DNA from: Podarcis pityusensis
Taxonomy: Eukaryota
Strand: one strand, 5' to 3'
Assembly: GCA_964106645.2 (NCBI GenBank)
Contig: OZ067043.1
DNA: 64,000 nucleotides
In this document: positions 49,136-63,530 of the stretch, in pieces
How the letters are laid out: every line of letters starts with the position of its first letter
Numbering within the stretch: the stretch's first letter is position 1
The notes under the pieces: generated by a model
What the model saw: the letters and a program-made list of their open reading frames with translations, nothing else
Database searches by the model: none
Told to the model about the DNA's origin: nothing
Program-made: the position numbers and the translations under genes

Positions 49136-52100
49136 CCAGGGTTCCAGACAAGGTACTATGTGGAGATGCCAGAGACTTAACTTCTGCATGCAAAGCAGAT
49201 GTCCTACCACTAAGCCATAGCCCTCCCCTGCATCTGTACAAATAAAGCCTGTAATGATATTTCAAGCCTTCCGAAGCTGCTCTTTATATTTTCTGCAGAC
49301 CTTTTCCTTTCCTTCCTATTGCATATAAATGTCCTAGGTGTCACATTTTCATCTTAATGACTTAGGTTATTAGCACAGCCCTGAAAGAAGCAAAGAAAAA
49401 TTAACACAGACTTCATAGACATTCTTGACATCATGAGGGCTAGAGTTCTTGTTTTTTTAAAAAAAGACTATAAAGCAGACAATTGGTAGAAGATGACTAA
49501 GCCTTATGGGCCAAATAAACATCAGTAAGGCTGGAAGATCCACACCTCTGATTATAAGTGAGCAGGGACCTTGTTTTTATGGCTAGGTTAGTGAGGAAAT
49601 CTGTAACTCATAAAACATTCCAGGAATAGAAGACTGTGTGTGACTCACAGCTATCAGGGCTCCCAAACATGCCTGGCCATCGAGAAGTGAAAGGCACTCC
49701 AAATGGAAGCTATAATAGAATAACCAATAGAGAGAGTTCCTTGCATCCACACTTCTCTCTCACAAATCTCATGCTAGCAATGACCTAGCCAGTGGTGCTT
49801 ACATTCACCCTCACAGTATGTACACTGAAAAAGACAGTGGCTGCATTGAGCTGTAAATATTTATCATATAAGGACCAAACCACCTGCAATGCAGGGTGTC
49901 CACCTGTAAAACATGACTTAGGCTATGATTGGTCCAAAGGAGCCAGGAGGCACACAAACCAAGGCGGGATCAAGAGCCCTTAAAAAGTGAGCGGTCCTGT
50001 GCAGTCTTTGTCCCCTCCCTTCCACTGGAGTCCATAACTGACCTTTGGGGAAACCTGCAACTGGCTATCCTTGCTGTTTTGAGGAGACCAGAGCACTGAA
50101 TTGTACATAAATAGCTTCAGATCAGTCACATTTGAACCACAGAGCTCCTTTTGCTTCCATGCTCTTTTGTCCATTTGCCTTCTTCCCTTCTATCCTTGAT
50201 AAGGCTTTGTATAATTTGACTGCTGGATTGTGTGTTTGCCAAGCTCAAGGATTCTAGGAATCTCCCACAAGTCTAGATTGCTTGGAGTATAGGATTGCAT
50301 TGTTAAAAGACCAACAAGTTGCAACAGGAGAGATAGAAAGCTGAGGGGCTGGATTTATGCCCTAGATAAACTGTGAGGGACCTGGCTGGGAAATGGAGAA
50401 CGTGTTGTCCCTAGGATCTTGGGGCTCTTATATTTCCTTGAGCACCCCAAATTTCTTCTTATGGAGTGGGGAACAGCTGTGAGTTCATAGGGAAGTGGTG
50501 GCAGCTGTTACTGGGTAGTTAAGATGCAATGGGCCTACTTCGCCAGGCCGTTGTGCAAGGAAGAGTATGCAAAGCTTTCCTGAGCTTCTGTCACAGGGGG
50601 CGCCAGTATTACACTTCCCAGGATGCTTGGGGGAAAGTCATGTGTCTTAAATTCACTTTAAATCTGACCAGTCTCAGTTTGTTGGATAACACAAATGTGA
50701 GAACATGGGAGAATTAGGCAGGAGGAGTAGGCTGCCTAAACACCTTCTCCACCTCCTTTCCCCTCCTATAGCCCTTCCTCCTCCTGGGCTTTTTATCCCC
50801 AGCTTCTTAAAGTCCAAACTGATAGTGAAGTGGGATGGGGTTAGGATTAAGCCATCCCACTTTTTCCTGCTGATTCTTCCCTACAAATACCCCCATATTA
50901 TTCAGAAAACACAGGATTTGGGAAGCCTCTGTTTATTGTGTAATGTATTCCCAGCCTCTGTTACTCCAAATCTCCGTCTAGACTTTAGATCTGAATTGTC
51001 TACCCTGGCTAGCAATGGGTATCCAAGCAGAGGTCTTTCCCAGCTCTGCTGTCTGAGATTCTTTAATCAGAATTGCTAGGGATAGAATCTGGGGTTTTTG
51101 CATGCAAAACACGTACTGCACTGCTGAGTTATGGCGTCTCCCTTGGAATGCGTAATGCAATAATAGATAAAAGGGTACCTCCAAGCACCTGCAGAAAGCA
51201 TTTCCTTCGCCACCAAGTAGCCATATGCACACCCTTCTATTGTTTAATAAATAACCCTTTTAAAAATATGCTGCCAGGATTGCCCCCCTTTTCGGCAGTA
51301 CTTTTCTGTGCCTTTAACACTGCATGACAGGCAAACATTAAGCAGGCACTGGATCCATCAGCATGTTGATACGGTGACAGCAGCCATGATGCTATGGGCA
51401 GCTTAGAGGCCTAGCCATAAAAAGCAAGCATTTCCGCCCCCCCCCATACAACCCATATCAAATCTGGGCTCCAAAGAGAGATTCCCCCCCCCCAAACCAC
51501 CCCCAAACACTGAGAAGGAATATTTTGACACTCTCATTTATCATATAGCACTTGTATAGCCTGAGGCGAAGCTCATTTAGTCAGAAGTACCCTAAATACG
51601 CGAAGGACCAAAACCTTAGTGTGTGGAAAGAGTGTTATGATCCTCACTGCCTTCGTCATGTGAGAGTTGTTGTTAAGTTGTCCTCTTTTGTAAGTAGGGA
51701 ATGCAGCCTACCATAGCCTTCCAATGAGCTTCTTGTTTGAGTTAAGATTTGAACACAGGCCCCAGCTTTCCCCACTGATCTCATTAGTTCTCTGCAGCCT
51801 AATTGAAAGTCTTGTTCATATACTTGCATTCTTCACTCTTTAATTTTCTTGAAGTCACAGAAAGCAAAGGGAGTACACAGGTAAAAGAATTTGAAACCAT
51901 CACACATATATTCTGTTCTAGGTATCATTTTCCTAAACTGCCAACAACCTCGACCGGTCTAGTAAATCTTATTTCTTAAATACAACACTCTGTTGTAGAG
52001 TTTATTGTTGCTATTATTGCTCTGAATCAGTTGTTTTCTTATGAGTTTCTTGGATCATAGGAACCTACCTTATCCTTATCCATTGGCCCAATTAGTTCAA

Positions 52101-52681
52101 TATTGTCTACACTGACAAGATGTTGTTGGCCTACAACTCCCATCAGCCCTGACCATTGGTCATGCTGGCTAGGGCTGATGGAAGTTGGAGTCCAGCAATA
52201 CCCTGCTTTAGTCTACCAGCCACTACTAAGGAAGAAAGGCATGCTACAAAATCAGCTCATGTGGATAGTTTTGCGGGGTGTGGGTTCAATAAACAGGAAG
52301 CAAAATAGTAATCAACCAACACAAAAGCAGCTGAATTTATTCCAGCGTTTTTAAGAATCCAGCCATCCGGTTGCCATCATCCTGCCTCATGCTAACTTGT
52401 TTTGAATGCCACAAAGCCTCGATATATGGTGCCATTCCAGCAGTGGTTTTCTAGTGCGTGTGGACACTCTTGACTTGTGACGAGCTTATACATACATATT
52501 CATCGCTACAAGGCTCTTCTAAGGTGGGAGGCCCCTTATAAATAAGGAAGGAAACTTCAGCTATTAGCCTCCTAAGTAAGGGTGGTGAGGTGAATTACTG
52601 TCGATTATCCTGACAATATTACAGTGGCATTTTGGCAGAGGAACTCCCTTGGGGTCAAGAATATGAGGCCTACATTCATTA

Positions 52682-52683
<2 letters not shown>

Positions 52684-52724
<41 letters not shown>
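52684..52724. repeat. (GT)n microsatellite
   Basis: Direct observation. Confidence 0.95.
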
Positions 52725-52727
<3 letters not shown>

Positions 52728-55700
52728 AAAAAGGGTACCTGGGCAGGAATGCCCGTGGAATGTTGAAAGACAGGGAGAAAATGGATCCAAAACTTCCTGG
52801 TGAAAATGAGAGGCTCGAACACTTCAGAGCAGGAACCAGCAAACGACCAATCACAGAGGAAGTGCAAAGAGACTCCTCTTTACTCAGGAGGCACTGAATG
52901 GATGAGCCGGATAGATCGTTAATAGCTAGTAATCGCAGACACAGCTGAGAACATAGGCCAGAGCAAGCCCGACAAGCACTTACAAGAAGGAAACATGACA
53001 GGATGCAAACAGGAAAGGGGAGGAAAGGGGAGCAGCGTTGCACAGCCTCCGCCTGTCCTGAAATGTAACTCGTGTTTAAAATTACATTAATCATGTTGTC
53101 TGCGGTTAGAGCACCTGGCTAGAAGGTCAGAGATGGACAGTAGCAGGTCCTCATGCAGGGTAAATTGCTCTGTTGACACTGGAGGAGCCGCACGGTGGGA
53201 AAATGCTGCTCATCATCATGTTCCGATGAGAAGAGGTCTTGCTAGATTAAACTGACAATGGCCATGTCAGGGAGTTGATATTGGTACCTCCCTGGATGCA
53301 TGGCGGTTCAGATAACTGGCAATTTTAGTTCTTGTACCATAACCTTAATAGTTACACATTTGAAATACTCTGCACAGGGTCAGAGGCACTCTGTAGCCAG
53401 CCTGCTGCTGGTGTAATGGAAAACAGTTTCGGCAGATGATAAGGGGGTGTTCAGGTTGGTGTTCCTGGCATGAGGTTTTGGGTTGAAAACAGTACTAGTG
53501 TAAGTGCATCTGAAATTAAGCACTTAAGAGGACAGGAACCTGGGATATAGGGCAGTGTACACAACCCAATTTCCACCTCTGGTTGCATACAGAAAAACTG
53601 GATCTGAATCATCTGTTGGTGCCACGAAGTCTCTGTCTGGAAGCACCCATAGTTGCCTGTCTGTTGAACTCCCATGGTATTATATTGTGTCTTCTCATTC
53701 CTGCCCACCCCAAATGTAATTCCACAATTATTGTGGAATAAGTCTGTCCAATGTAGACTGCCAAAGTGCTGCTGAAGCTTTTCAGAGTTAATGGCATTTC
53801 AGCTAGTACGTTCAGCTAGTCCTTGTCCGTTTATTTAACTGGCAATCAATTAGTCAGTTCCTATGCTTTTTAGAGTACAGTTGCTCTTGTTTGCAATGCC
53901 AGATGCCAAATCATTGACATATATGATATATTAGATGAGGGTGGGGGCTGACTCTCCCCCCCCATTGTCCCACAATTCTTCAGTAGGTTGTAACTAACAA
54001 CCAAAGGAGGAGTCTGTTGAAGGTGAGAAGAACGCATGAAGGAGGCGTGATTAGGACACTCATCACTACAATCTCCATAGTACTGCATGATTAGCTGCTG
54101 TGCACATTTGATTTTCAACATGTTGCATCTTCTTACGCAACCAGATGAAGTTTTGGACAGGATTGCGTGATCCTTACTAAAGCACTTTTTGTCAAATTAA
54201 ACAGCACGTGTGAACGTGGACAGTATGCACGCGTTGGTGCAATTATACAACCAGCAAGTACTGGCAGACATATTCTGATGTCGCTGTGTAGTTGGCCCCA
54301 GCAGAAGAAGGTTAATTATATCTTTTAAGTTGCCTCAGTTGTCAGCCCTTGATACTAGTCCCAAGCTGACAGTTATATACATAGCAATTAACCAACATAA
54401 AGGATTTGTGGCGATGGGGAGAGGCTTGGCCTTCTTTTCTAAAGCGTGGGCACGCACACACAAAATGTTTCTTTAATGGAGCTTAACATAGATGGCAAAT
54501 ATTTCGCTCATAAATATTTCATTTACCAACGTGTCAGTTCAACAAACATTGACTCAAATCAAGACCCTGATAACAAAGTTTCTTTTTATGAGAGGGAAGG
54601 GCAGGTTGCTTCTTTTTCAAAAATAACCCAACAGTTCCTTTTATCTCTACAGCTTCAGATATCAATATATCAACCTGCACAAAGTCCGTGCTACATCACA
54701 GGTTTGGCGAGGGCCAACTGGCTTGTTTAAATTAGTTTGCATTGTGAATCTGGATCTTTTTTCTGGTTAGGGATCGGGAAGAAGTTTGATGCAGTCCACA
54801 TTTAAGGGTGAGCCTACCTGATTTGCACTTTCTGAAACCATCCATGAACTGAAACACAGCCATCATTTGAAATTTGCACTTCTCTGAATTTTGCCAGGCA
54901 GTTCTCTGGCCAGGTAGTGTGTACAAAAAAGGCTACCTTCTCACAGGAGCAGTCCTTTGGTATTCCACTAGTTTTCAGGCTTTCTGTATTCAGGAAGCCA
55001 TTTCTGTGTTAACTGCTCTGCCATGGCAGTCCTGCAAAACCTCAGTCCATTATAGCCAATTCTGGGTCACCTTCTGGACCCCAGTCAGTTGATATAGCTA
55101 GGCATATTGGACATTATTGTTGTATTGTGATAACTAAAAGTACAGCCTGGAACACACTGTTACATTTTCAGAGAAAATTGGAAGTGGTGCACGAAGTGTT
55201 TTTCAGGGAAACTTGTCCATCATTACTGCTCTCATGGAGAAACTCCTGACATTATTCCAAGGAAATCAAAGGTTCCATTGAATACAATTGGAAAGTGCCT
55301 ATCTGCAGACCAGAAAACAGTGTCTGTAGAGGGCCACTTCTGCACTAAAAAAAGAGGAAACATGTTTACATAAAATGTGAATATGCTAAATTATATGTAC
55401 AATTGCAAAATTAAAAATAATTACCATAATTCCAGTGGAAATGCAATACATTTCACCATAGTGACAAAGACTGTGACCAGGTGACATGCACCTGCTGCCC
55501 ATGTATTGTGCTGATAGACAACTTCAAGATGTCTACTTTCGCTTCTTGTTGTTCTTTAACTTTAAAATGTATTTGGACTGGGCAATGCTTCAGAGGACAG
55601 TCCTCTGTAAAGTAGGATGCATGGTCATCCCACTTGACTTTGCCTTGTAGAAGAGAAACAATGTTTTGTTGAGCACTTTCTCATCTTATTTTGCAGTCCT

Positions 55701-57353
55701 GCTCAGTAAATTTGCTGTCACAGTTCTGATCTGTGTCCATTAGAAGGTTTGGGAGAAGTGGATAAGAAAACAGAAAAACTGGTGGCTCAACAAGCTAATT
55801 GGAGGACAAAGCAAAGAACATTCTCAAGGAGTTCCAAGGTGAGAGGAAGATGGACCAGGACTTTAGCATGAGCATGATTTGGAAAACACAACAACAGGGC
55901 AAATTAGGCAGTGAAACAGTGGATTTAATGCATTTGCCTATCTCCATTCCCATCCCTCCTGTGAAACTCTTTTGCTGTTGCCAGTTTTGTTCTCAGCAGT
56001 GCACTGGCACTTGCTCCCACTATGAAAATTGTCTTGTGTACTCATGAGTCACATGTACATCAGGAATCCGAAAAGCAGCTTGTCATACCTGTGTCTGTCC
56101 GATTCATTGTCTAAGCTCCTGCAAGTCTCGATTTCTTTTCACTTTTGTTAGGTGGGGGACTTGTGTGTGTGCTCTCGTTGTGTTAGACGAGGCCTTCAGA
56201 ATCTGCTAATAATACTGCCACTGAAAACACAAGGACTGTGACATTATTCTGAAACTATTGTGGAGAAGGCTCATCCTCTTTAGTGAAGATTCTGCATTCA
56301 AGGATAGTTCATTCTGCGGGGGGGGGGGGGGAATATTGCTACCCAAATAAATATCCTCCATCCTGGAGAGTCAGGACCATGTTTGGACACAAGGTTTATT
56401 TTGAGATGTTTTTACATCATAGTAGGATCACATATATGTAACTTTTGGAAATAAACTTTTGAGAATTTTGGGAAAGGACCCTGAAGTGGCTTTACAACTA
56501 AGAATATGGAATCAAGAAGTCAGCTACTGTATTCACAAAACTTAATATTCTTAGTGACTTAAAAGGAGTAAACAGAAGTTAAGAGTTCTGGTAAAGGCAA
56601 GTAGAGGACTATTGTTGTGTCTGATGTGGCTTTCTTGGTGCAGCCAGATTAAAGGACAATGAATTATATTGAGGTGTCCCATGCTTTTGATTCAGAAACA
56701 GCTATCGTTTCTCTACAGTTCATGTACTCTCATACAAATTCAGACAGCATTCAACTTATACTGTCCTGTCCCTGAGATTTTCTGTAGTACAGAATTTTCA
56801 AGGAGCAGAATGGGGGAACCTATCACTTGTAATTATGCCATAGCCAGTCCCCCACTGTTAGTACAATGGTTATTGGTTTCCCTTGCTAGGTTTAAGAAGC
56901 TATGAGCAGCATCAAGAGACTGAAGGTGGCAAAGCACTGTATGTGCAACATTTCAGAAATAAAGCGCTTGAAGGCTTGCCATAGCTGTCTCTCTTGGTCA
57001 TTTAAAAGTGAAACCGACTTGCTCAAATAGGCACTCTGTGGAAATCATTTAAGTAGAACTTCATGAATTTATCATGAAATATCATGTGCTAAGAAGTGGT
57101 TATTTAAATATCTGAGCATCGCATGTAATCAGAGAATTGTGAACTCATGAACTATCAGACCTTTTGAAGCTTAAAACAAAAAATATGTTTGTTAACATTG
57201 CCCAAGCAAGGCAAAATTACTACCAGGACAAAAATATTAAGAAAACTTAACTTCTGTCTACTCCTGTTTTACATGTACGTATGCTAAAATCCCATAAGGG
57301 GACCTACACACTTGATCAGCACTTATTTCTTTCACCAGGGTATAGGATTCCAG

Positions 57354-57631
57354 GGCTGGATCCACACTGACCTTTTAACCGTTATTGGAACGGTATTAGA
57401 TAGATCGTTCTAAAGCGTCACAGGGCATACTGGTAAATTAAAAATGTTCCTTACCTTGTTTTTATCCGTCAAAACGCACTTTCCCTACTGCTGGTTCCTG
57501 GTTGCTTTGCAGCGTCCTCTGGTGTCAAATTTTAATAACACATGATGAACATTACAAGCAAAATGTAACGTGTCCATCTACATTATGAAAATCATTCCTT
57601 AACGTTATAAACCACGAGTGTAGTTCTGCCC
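57354..57631. mobile_element. PIF/Harbinger-like MITE
   Basis: Imperfect TIRs GGCTGGATCCACACT / AGTGTAGTTCTGCCC, CAG on both sides (3-bp CWG-type TSD), about 10 retained CpGs. Confidence 0.6.
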
Positions 57632-58199
57632 CAGGTGATTTGTACTCATAAACTTGTTACTTTAAAAACCAGCTGTTGGATTTGTCCCAGGAATATTTAA
57701 ATTTGCTTTATGGTTTTAAATGGAAGACCAGCTAGATTGTTAGAAAAAAAACATTTTTCAAAAAACAAAGCTAGATTTTTTATTAAGAAAGGGAAGAATT
57801 GATGTGCATCTTTTTTCTTTAAGAAGAGAGATGGAATACTGGCTCTGGATTATTTCAGGACTCTAAAAGTTTTTCATCATGTCAGAGGCTGACTTCTTAA
57901 GTCTAAAGGGCAATATGTAGTATGAACAAACTGTGGGTTCTTCACCATATGAACACACCAACCCTCTGCTTCTAATGGGTACAAAAGCATCTGGCTTAGA
58001 GGTTATCAAGATGCTAAGGAACTATAATACTTCTGCTGCAATGTCTCTTACAGGCTCCTGTGATTTTTCCACTATTCCATAAGCAGTGTGATATCTTCTC
58101 AAAGGAGACAAGAGTACACACTCAAGATCTCTTAATGTGGATTAGTTACTTGTTAATGTTCTTTAATCACTAGTTTCTTCACACAAGCAGGAGGGTTAA

Positions 58200-58480
58200 A
58201 GAGCAGTTCAAGTGTCACACCACTCTTTAAAGCAACATTAAGATTCTCCATCTTCTTAAGCTTTTCTCCACAAGGAAAGGTGCTCCGTCTCTCCTAATCA
58301 TTTTAGTTTCTCCATTTTGTATCTTTTCTACCTCTACCATACCCTTTTAGAGATGGGGTGAGAGAACTGAACAGAGAATTTTAAACAGGGACACGCCATA
58401 GGGCAGTTTATGTGAAGGCATACACATTACTTGCTGTTTGATTTTCATATCCTATTCCTAATATTGAGATTGCCTTTTTC
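58200..58480 (-). mobile_element. Old CR1-like LINE fragment
   Basis: Resembles antisense CR1 ORF2 end (...GAGATGGGGTGAGAGAACTGAACAGAG...). Confidence 0.55.
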
Positions 58481-59526
58481 AGTGTTAAAGTATACCTCTT
58501 CACACCCATCTCTTCTGCATACTGCTTCAAAGTTATTGATGTGTATGATGACAGGAGTGCACAGAAGTACTTGTGCATAAGCAGTACTATTTTTTTGAAG
58601 TCCCCAGAAACCCACAATTATTCTAAGAGAGGTGATCACATATACATACAAAATTTCTCAGCCTCATATAATCAACATGCTTAAGTCTAATTAATGCACG
58701 AAGGTGTTAAAACCACAGTGCAACCCGACATGCCAGGCTTAGCTAGGTCACACCCCCTCACCTCGGGAGAAAGGTAATCAAACCTATTGTTCTCTCCCAA
58801 CCTGCCTGAGAAGCTCAACGTGTGAGGTCTGAACTGGTTGCTCCAAGCGCAGACTGCATGGCTCTAACAAGCCATTCTTGTGTTCCTGTACCAATAATTT
58901 AGGAACTTTCATCACTGTAATTAAGTCAAGTTTTACTGCCTATGTTTTCCGAATGATGTATGGAAAAGCGCATGAACCTGACATGTTTGTAAGTAAACCC
59001 ATTTTTAATGTACCAAATGTGTGATCTTTTTCTATGCTGAGGGAAAAGGGACCATTTTGGAACTCCCAAGGGTGTATTTTAAATATCTAACAGCCTTTCC
59101 CCCCCCCCACACTTTGCTGCATGTTTTGTGATTATAAATCTCTGCTGGTGTTCTCTCACCAAAAAATACTTGCCCCAAACTTCGATCTTGGCATCCAGGA
59201 ATTCTCCTTTTATACCTATAATTTCCCCTTGACACCGGCGAAGATTAGTACTGGGGAAATGAGGGGCAAATCTACATTAAATGAAAGCGAGTATTAAGAA
59301 GGTATGCTGGCGCAGATACACTCTAAGCATGTGATTTTGAGCACAAGCTCAGGAGTCCTGTTCAGATCTAAACTGGCAGGGGACAAGGCTAGCCTGATGT
59401 GGTGAGTTGCCACTATAAGTGAGCATTTTAACCCAGCTCCAGAACAAGCTGCCTTTCATGTGAGTCTCATTGAGTAGCTGACATGGAAGGAGTGCCAAGA
59501 GGATAGGTTCCCGAAAGGCTGCATCC

Positions 59527-59844
<318 letters not shown>

Positions 59845-59997
59845 CTATAAAAGAAGAAACACAAGCAAAAGAAAAGTGTTTTATTTTAACACCGTGCAGC
59901 CAGTGAACACCTTCCTTTTCTACATTAGTAATAAATCTTCTAAAGAAGTAAGGCTGCCTAAGGTTTACTTTGTGAGGTACTAATTTATTTTTAATCC

Positions 59998-60402
59998 GGT
60001 AGGGACTTTACCTACCAGAGAAGAAGGGCAGATCAAGTCGATGGATTATGCCAAAATGGCTAAAATGACCGGAAGAATCAGAAATCAGGAAGACCAAAAT
60101 TTTAATAAGGAATGGGGGGGGGGGGGAATTATAACCTTAAAAACCATTGTAAACAGTTAAAATTGTTAGTAGGTTTGGGATATCACTTGTAGCTTAATGG
60201 TGAGTTTTGGACACAGTGGAGATGTAAAAGATTTGGATTATCATAAAAGATGCAGGAGGAAATGATTAACAATAAGACCCACAAAGGGGAGGAGGGAAGT
60301 CCAGGAGATTCCTTGCAATATTGTTTTTATGTTGTATGTTTGATATGTGACAGTAAAAGTTTAATCTGAAAAACCAAATAAATAAATTTATATATATCTA
60401 AA
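59998..60402 (+). mobile_element. 5'-truncated L1-type LINE
   Basis: LPTREE..IK.MDYAKMAKMTGRIRNQEDQNFNKEW ORF2 C-terminal remnant, A-rich tail, TSD-like TAATTTATTTTTAATCC / TAATTTTATTGTTAATCC. Confidence 0.75.
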
Positions 60403-61397
60403 TAATTTTATTGTTAATCCTCTTTGTTTTCTAGCTAGAACAAGATGCATAATGCCATGCAAGGCAACAGAATCCAGGTGGGCCTGACCAACTCCACAAC
60501 AACCAAGCTGAACACAGCTCTCAAGCAACATATTGTGGTTGCCATATGCTCAATATCTTTTTGGGTTTCTGCAGTGCCAGGCAAAATCAGATGCTTATTG
60601 AGAGGCCCCTGTTGGGCCACCACCCCTGGACAGTTAACTGTGCTCAGCTTTGTGGATCACAGCATTATGCAGGGCTATACAGAGAAAAGATAGGTGGCAA
60701 CATAACTTGGTAGGTTTACAGGTAAAGTTTTAGGTCAGGAAGACACAGTATATTTACACAGCGAGATAATTAGCTGGATTACAGTTTGTACTAGTGTCAA
60801 ACTGGAGCAAGCTTTGAATAGAGCAGAGGGAAATTATGTGCATTTTGTCTTTGACATTCAGCACGTGTACTGATTTTTATATTTCCGTGATGGAATCTTT
60901 GGTACCACTATCTGACTTGCATATGCTATGGATGCAGAGCAGACAGGAAGAAAATCAATATGATTTGCCTGATTATGAGCTACTCACAGCTGGTGAATAA
61001 TCCTTTTTTTATTCTACTGGTAGTCCATACCCTTCCTTCCAGCCACAGTACATCAGTCAATCAATGTAGGCCTTTATCAGAAGAAGCTGCATTAAAACGC
61101 TTGTAGAGCTTCCCCTTTCAAAGAGGGAAGAGTGCACAAAGGAAGCAGACGGATCTGCTGCCAGAAAAAAAGTCCTTCTCAAACTCCATGAAACTAGAGA
61201 AAGCAAAATTGGATTACTCATTGGATTATCATCCCATCGTGCCGCTGGACATCTGACCTGCTGTGGCATCATTGCCAAAAATAAAGCAACAAATGCACAT
61301 GGTTATTAGACCCTTGTTCTGGACGTATTTTTTAAAAGTGGTTTATTTCATACTGTGGCCTCATTTAGCCCCATAAAGCCTCATTTATGGTGACTTG

Positions 61398-61593
61398 TCA
61401 TAGGCAGATGCCTTGTTTGGACTCAAACCAATAGTCCACCAGGTTCAGTATTGTCTATGCTGACTGCCAGTAATTCACCAGGGTCTGAGGCAGGGAATCT
61501 TTCCCAGACCTACTTAGAGATGCTGAGGATGGAACTTGAAAACTGTTGTATGTACAGCAGATATGCTCTGCCACTGAGCTACGGCTCCTTCCC
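61398..61593 (-). mobile_element. Old tRNA-derived SINE with CR1-type tail (other copies ~9116-9252, 51000-51143, 52056-52116)
   Basis: Minus-strand head GGGAAGGAGCCGTAGCTCAGTGGCAGAGC; tail shared among the copies. Confidence 0.7.
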
Positions 61594-62759
61594 ATCACCT
61601 TAAGATTGCCTCGTATCGCTTGTTCTCTGTCACAGCAGAGAAGTCATGCCCACAGTCCAGGAAAGGCACCTTAACAGCCCCCACCTCCAACTTATTGCCA
61701 CCTTGACTGTTTTAGCCCCTGGGTGTTTTCTGCCTATGTGAGTGACTGCCTTGTGATTGGCGGGACATAGCCACCTGTCAATCAAGACCCACCTGGGCCA
61801 GAAACTCTTTAAAAGATGACTGTTGCCAAATAGGTCCCTCAGCCGACCATCTATCTGAGGAGGCCAGGAGCATGTTTATAAGTAGCTGCAATAAGAGAAA
61901 TAGACTTGAAATGTTTTCTTTTTGATGTACCATTCTGCTTTTACCTTGTCTTTTTATTCTAAATAAACTTAATAAAATTGGCTGGTGGGGACTTGGTTGC
62001 ATTTCTGCTGGACTCAAAGGGGTATTTCCCGCCCTCACAGGGCTGTACACATTGGATCTGACAGAGAAAAGTAAAGTCTCTGGGGTTCAGGGAAGAGCTG
62101 GGAAGGCTTGATGATCTCTCATTTCGCCTCATAAATATGCCCCTTGGATCCACAGAAATCACTCTCATCTGGAGGCAGAGGGACCAGAGAACCTCAGGCC
62201 TGGTATGACTGACCTACCTAGACTGGCAGGTGAGGAATGAATGAAGCAAAAGGCCTCTCCTCTCTTCTTTTACACACACCTCATGGAATCACAAAATGGT
62301 ACAATAAAGGGAAACAAGCTGAACTTATGACTACCAGTTCTTTGATCATGACAAGTCAAAACTATGTCATGAGGAAGCTTGGCTTAGCTCCCACGGTTAT
62401 GAAAATATGTTGAAAATAAATACATGAAAATATTATGAATAATTTACAAGTTATCTAGTATTCCCCAGCAGCGCATAGCCTCATTTCAATGTCGTTTGGA
62501 TGCTCAGCACCTTTGACTGCCAAGCCATTGACCGAGGAATGAGCACCCCTCGTTTCCTCTTTCTTTCTCTGCTCACTGGGTGGCCATAGACAAGTTATTT
62601 AATCTAGGGTCTTTAACGTGAGCCTTGCCACCTGCACACCAACAGCTTCACAGATGACAGGGACGTAAAATGAAATTTCCCAGGACTCAGACAATAACTG
62701 CACCCCAAAGCAATGGTTACTTTCAAAAATGTATCACCTATAACTTATAAAAATATAGT

Positions 62760-63530
62760 GCTGGTGCTACTATCAGTAGCCAGATAGCCCTATACTGGAA
62801 ATCATTCAATATTCCTATGAGAGAGGTATGTTTTCCTAATGTATGGAACACAGCTTTATCTGAATATCTGGTCAGACTTAGACATGTAGTTTGGGGTGAA
62901 GCCAAATCAGACAGTTCTGAAGTGGATCCGTCTCCATTTTTTAAATTACAGTATATAAATATGGAGAGTCATATAAGTACTCCTCCCATCACTCCTCGTT
63001 GTGGTTGGACTATATAAGGTAAAGGGTAAAGGGACCCCCGAGTGTTAGGTCCAGTTGCGGACGACTCTGGGGTTGTGGTGCTCATCTCGCTCTATAGGCC
63101 GAGGGAGCTGGTGTTTGTCCGCAGACAGCTTCTGGGTCATGTGGCCAGCATGACTAAGCCACCTCTGGTGAAACCAGAGCAGCACATGGAAACGCCGTTC
63201 ACCTTCCCACCAGAGCGGTACTTATTTATCTGTTTGCACTTTGACGTGCTTTTTAACTGCTAGGTTGGCAGGAACTAGGACAGAGTAACGGGAGCCCACC
63301 CCATTGCGGGGATTCAAACTGCTGACCTTCTGATCGGCAAGCCCTAGGCTCTGTGGTTTAGACCACAGTGCCACTACATAGACTCATCTTAAAATCTTGG
63401 CTATATGGTACTGCAACTCTGTAATTTTTTTTTATATACAAAATATACTCAGCGTATGGTTCTGTTATGGTTTGTATGATTATGTGTCAGTTTGTACGTA
63501 CGTTTATGATAAATCAATAAAAATGATACT
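62760..63530 (+). mobile_element. Degenerate L1-like 3' fragment interrupted by a Sauria SINE
   Basis: IALYWKSFNIP...VWNTALSE resembles an L1 ORF2 C-terminus; T-rich 3' UTR ending in AATAAA. Confidence 0.45.
63016..63374 (-). mobile_element. Sauria SINE (Squam1-type), slightly 5'-truncated
   Basis: Reverse complement of the 2696 family; TSD-like ACTATATA/ACTACATA. Confidence 0.9.
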
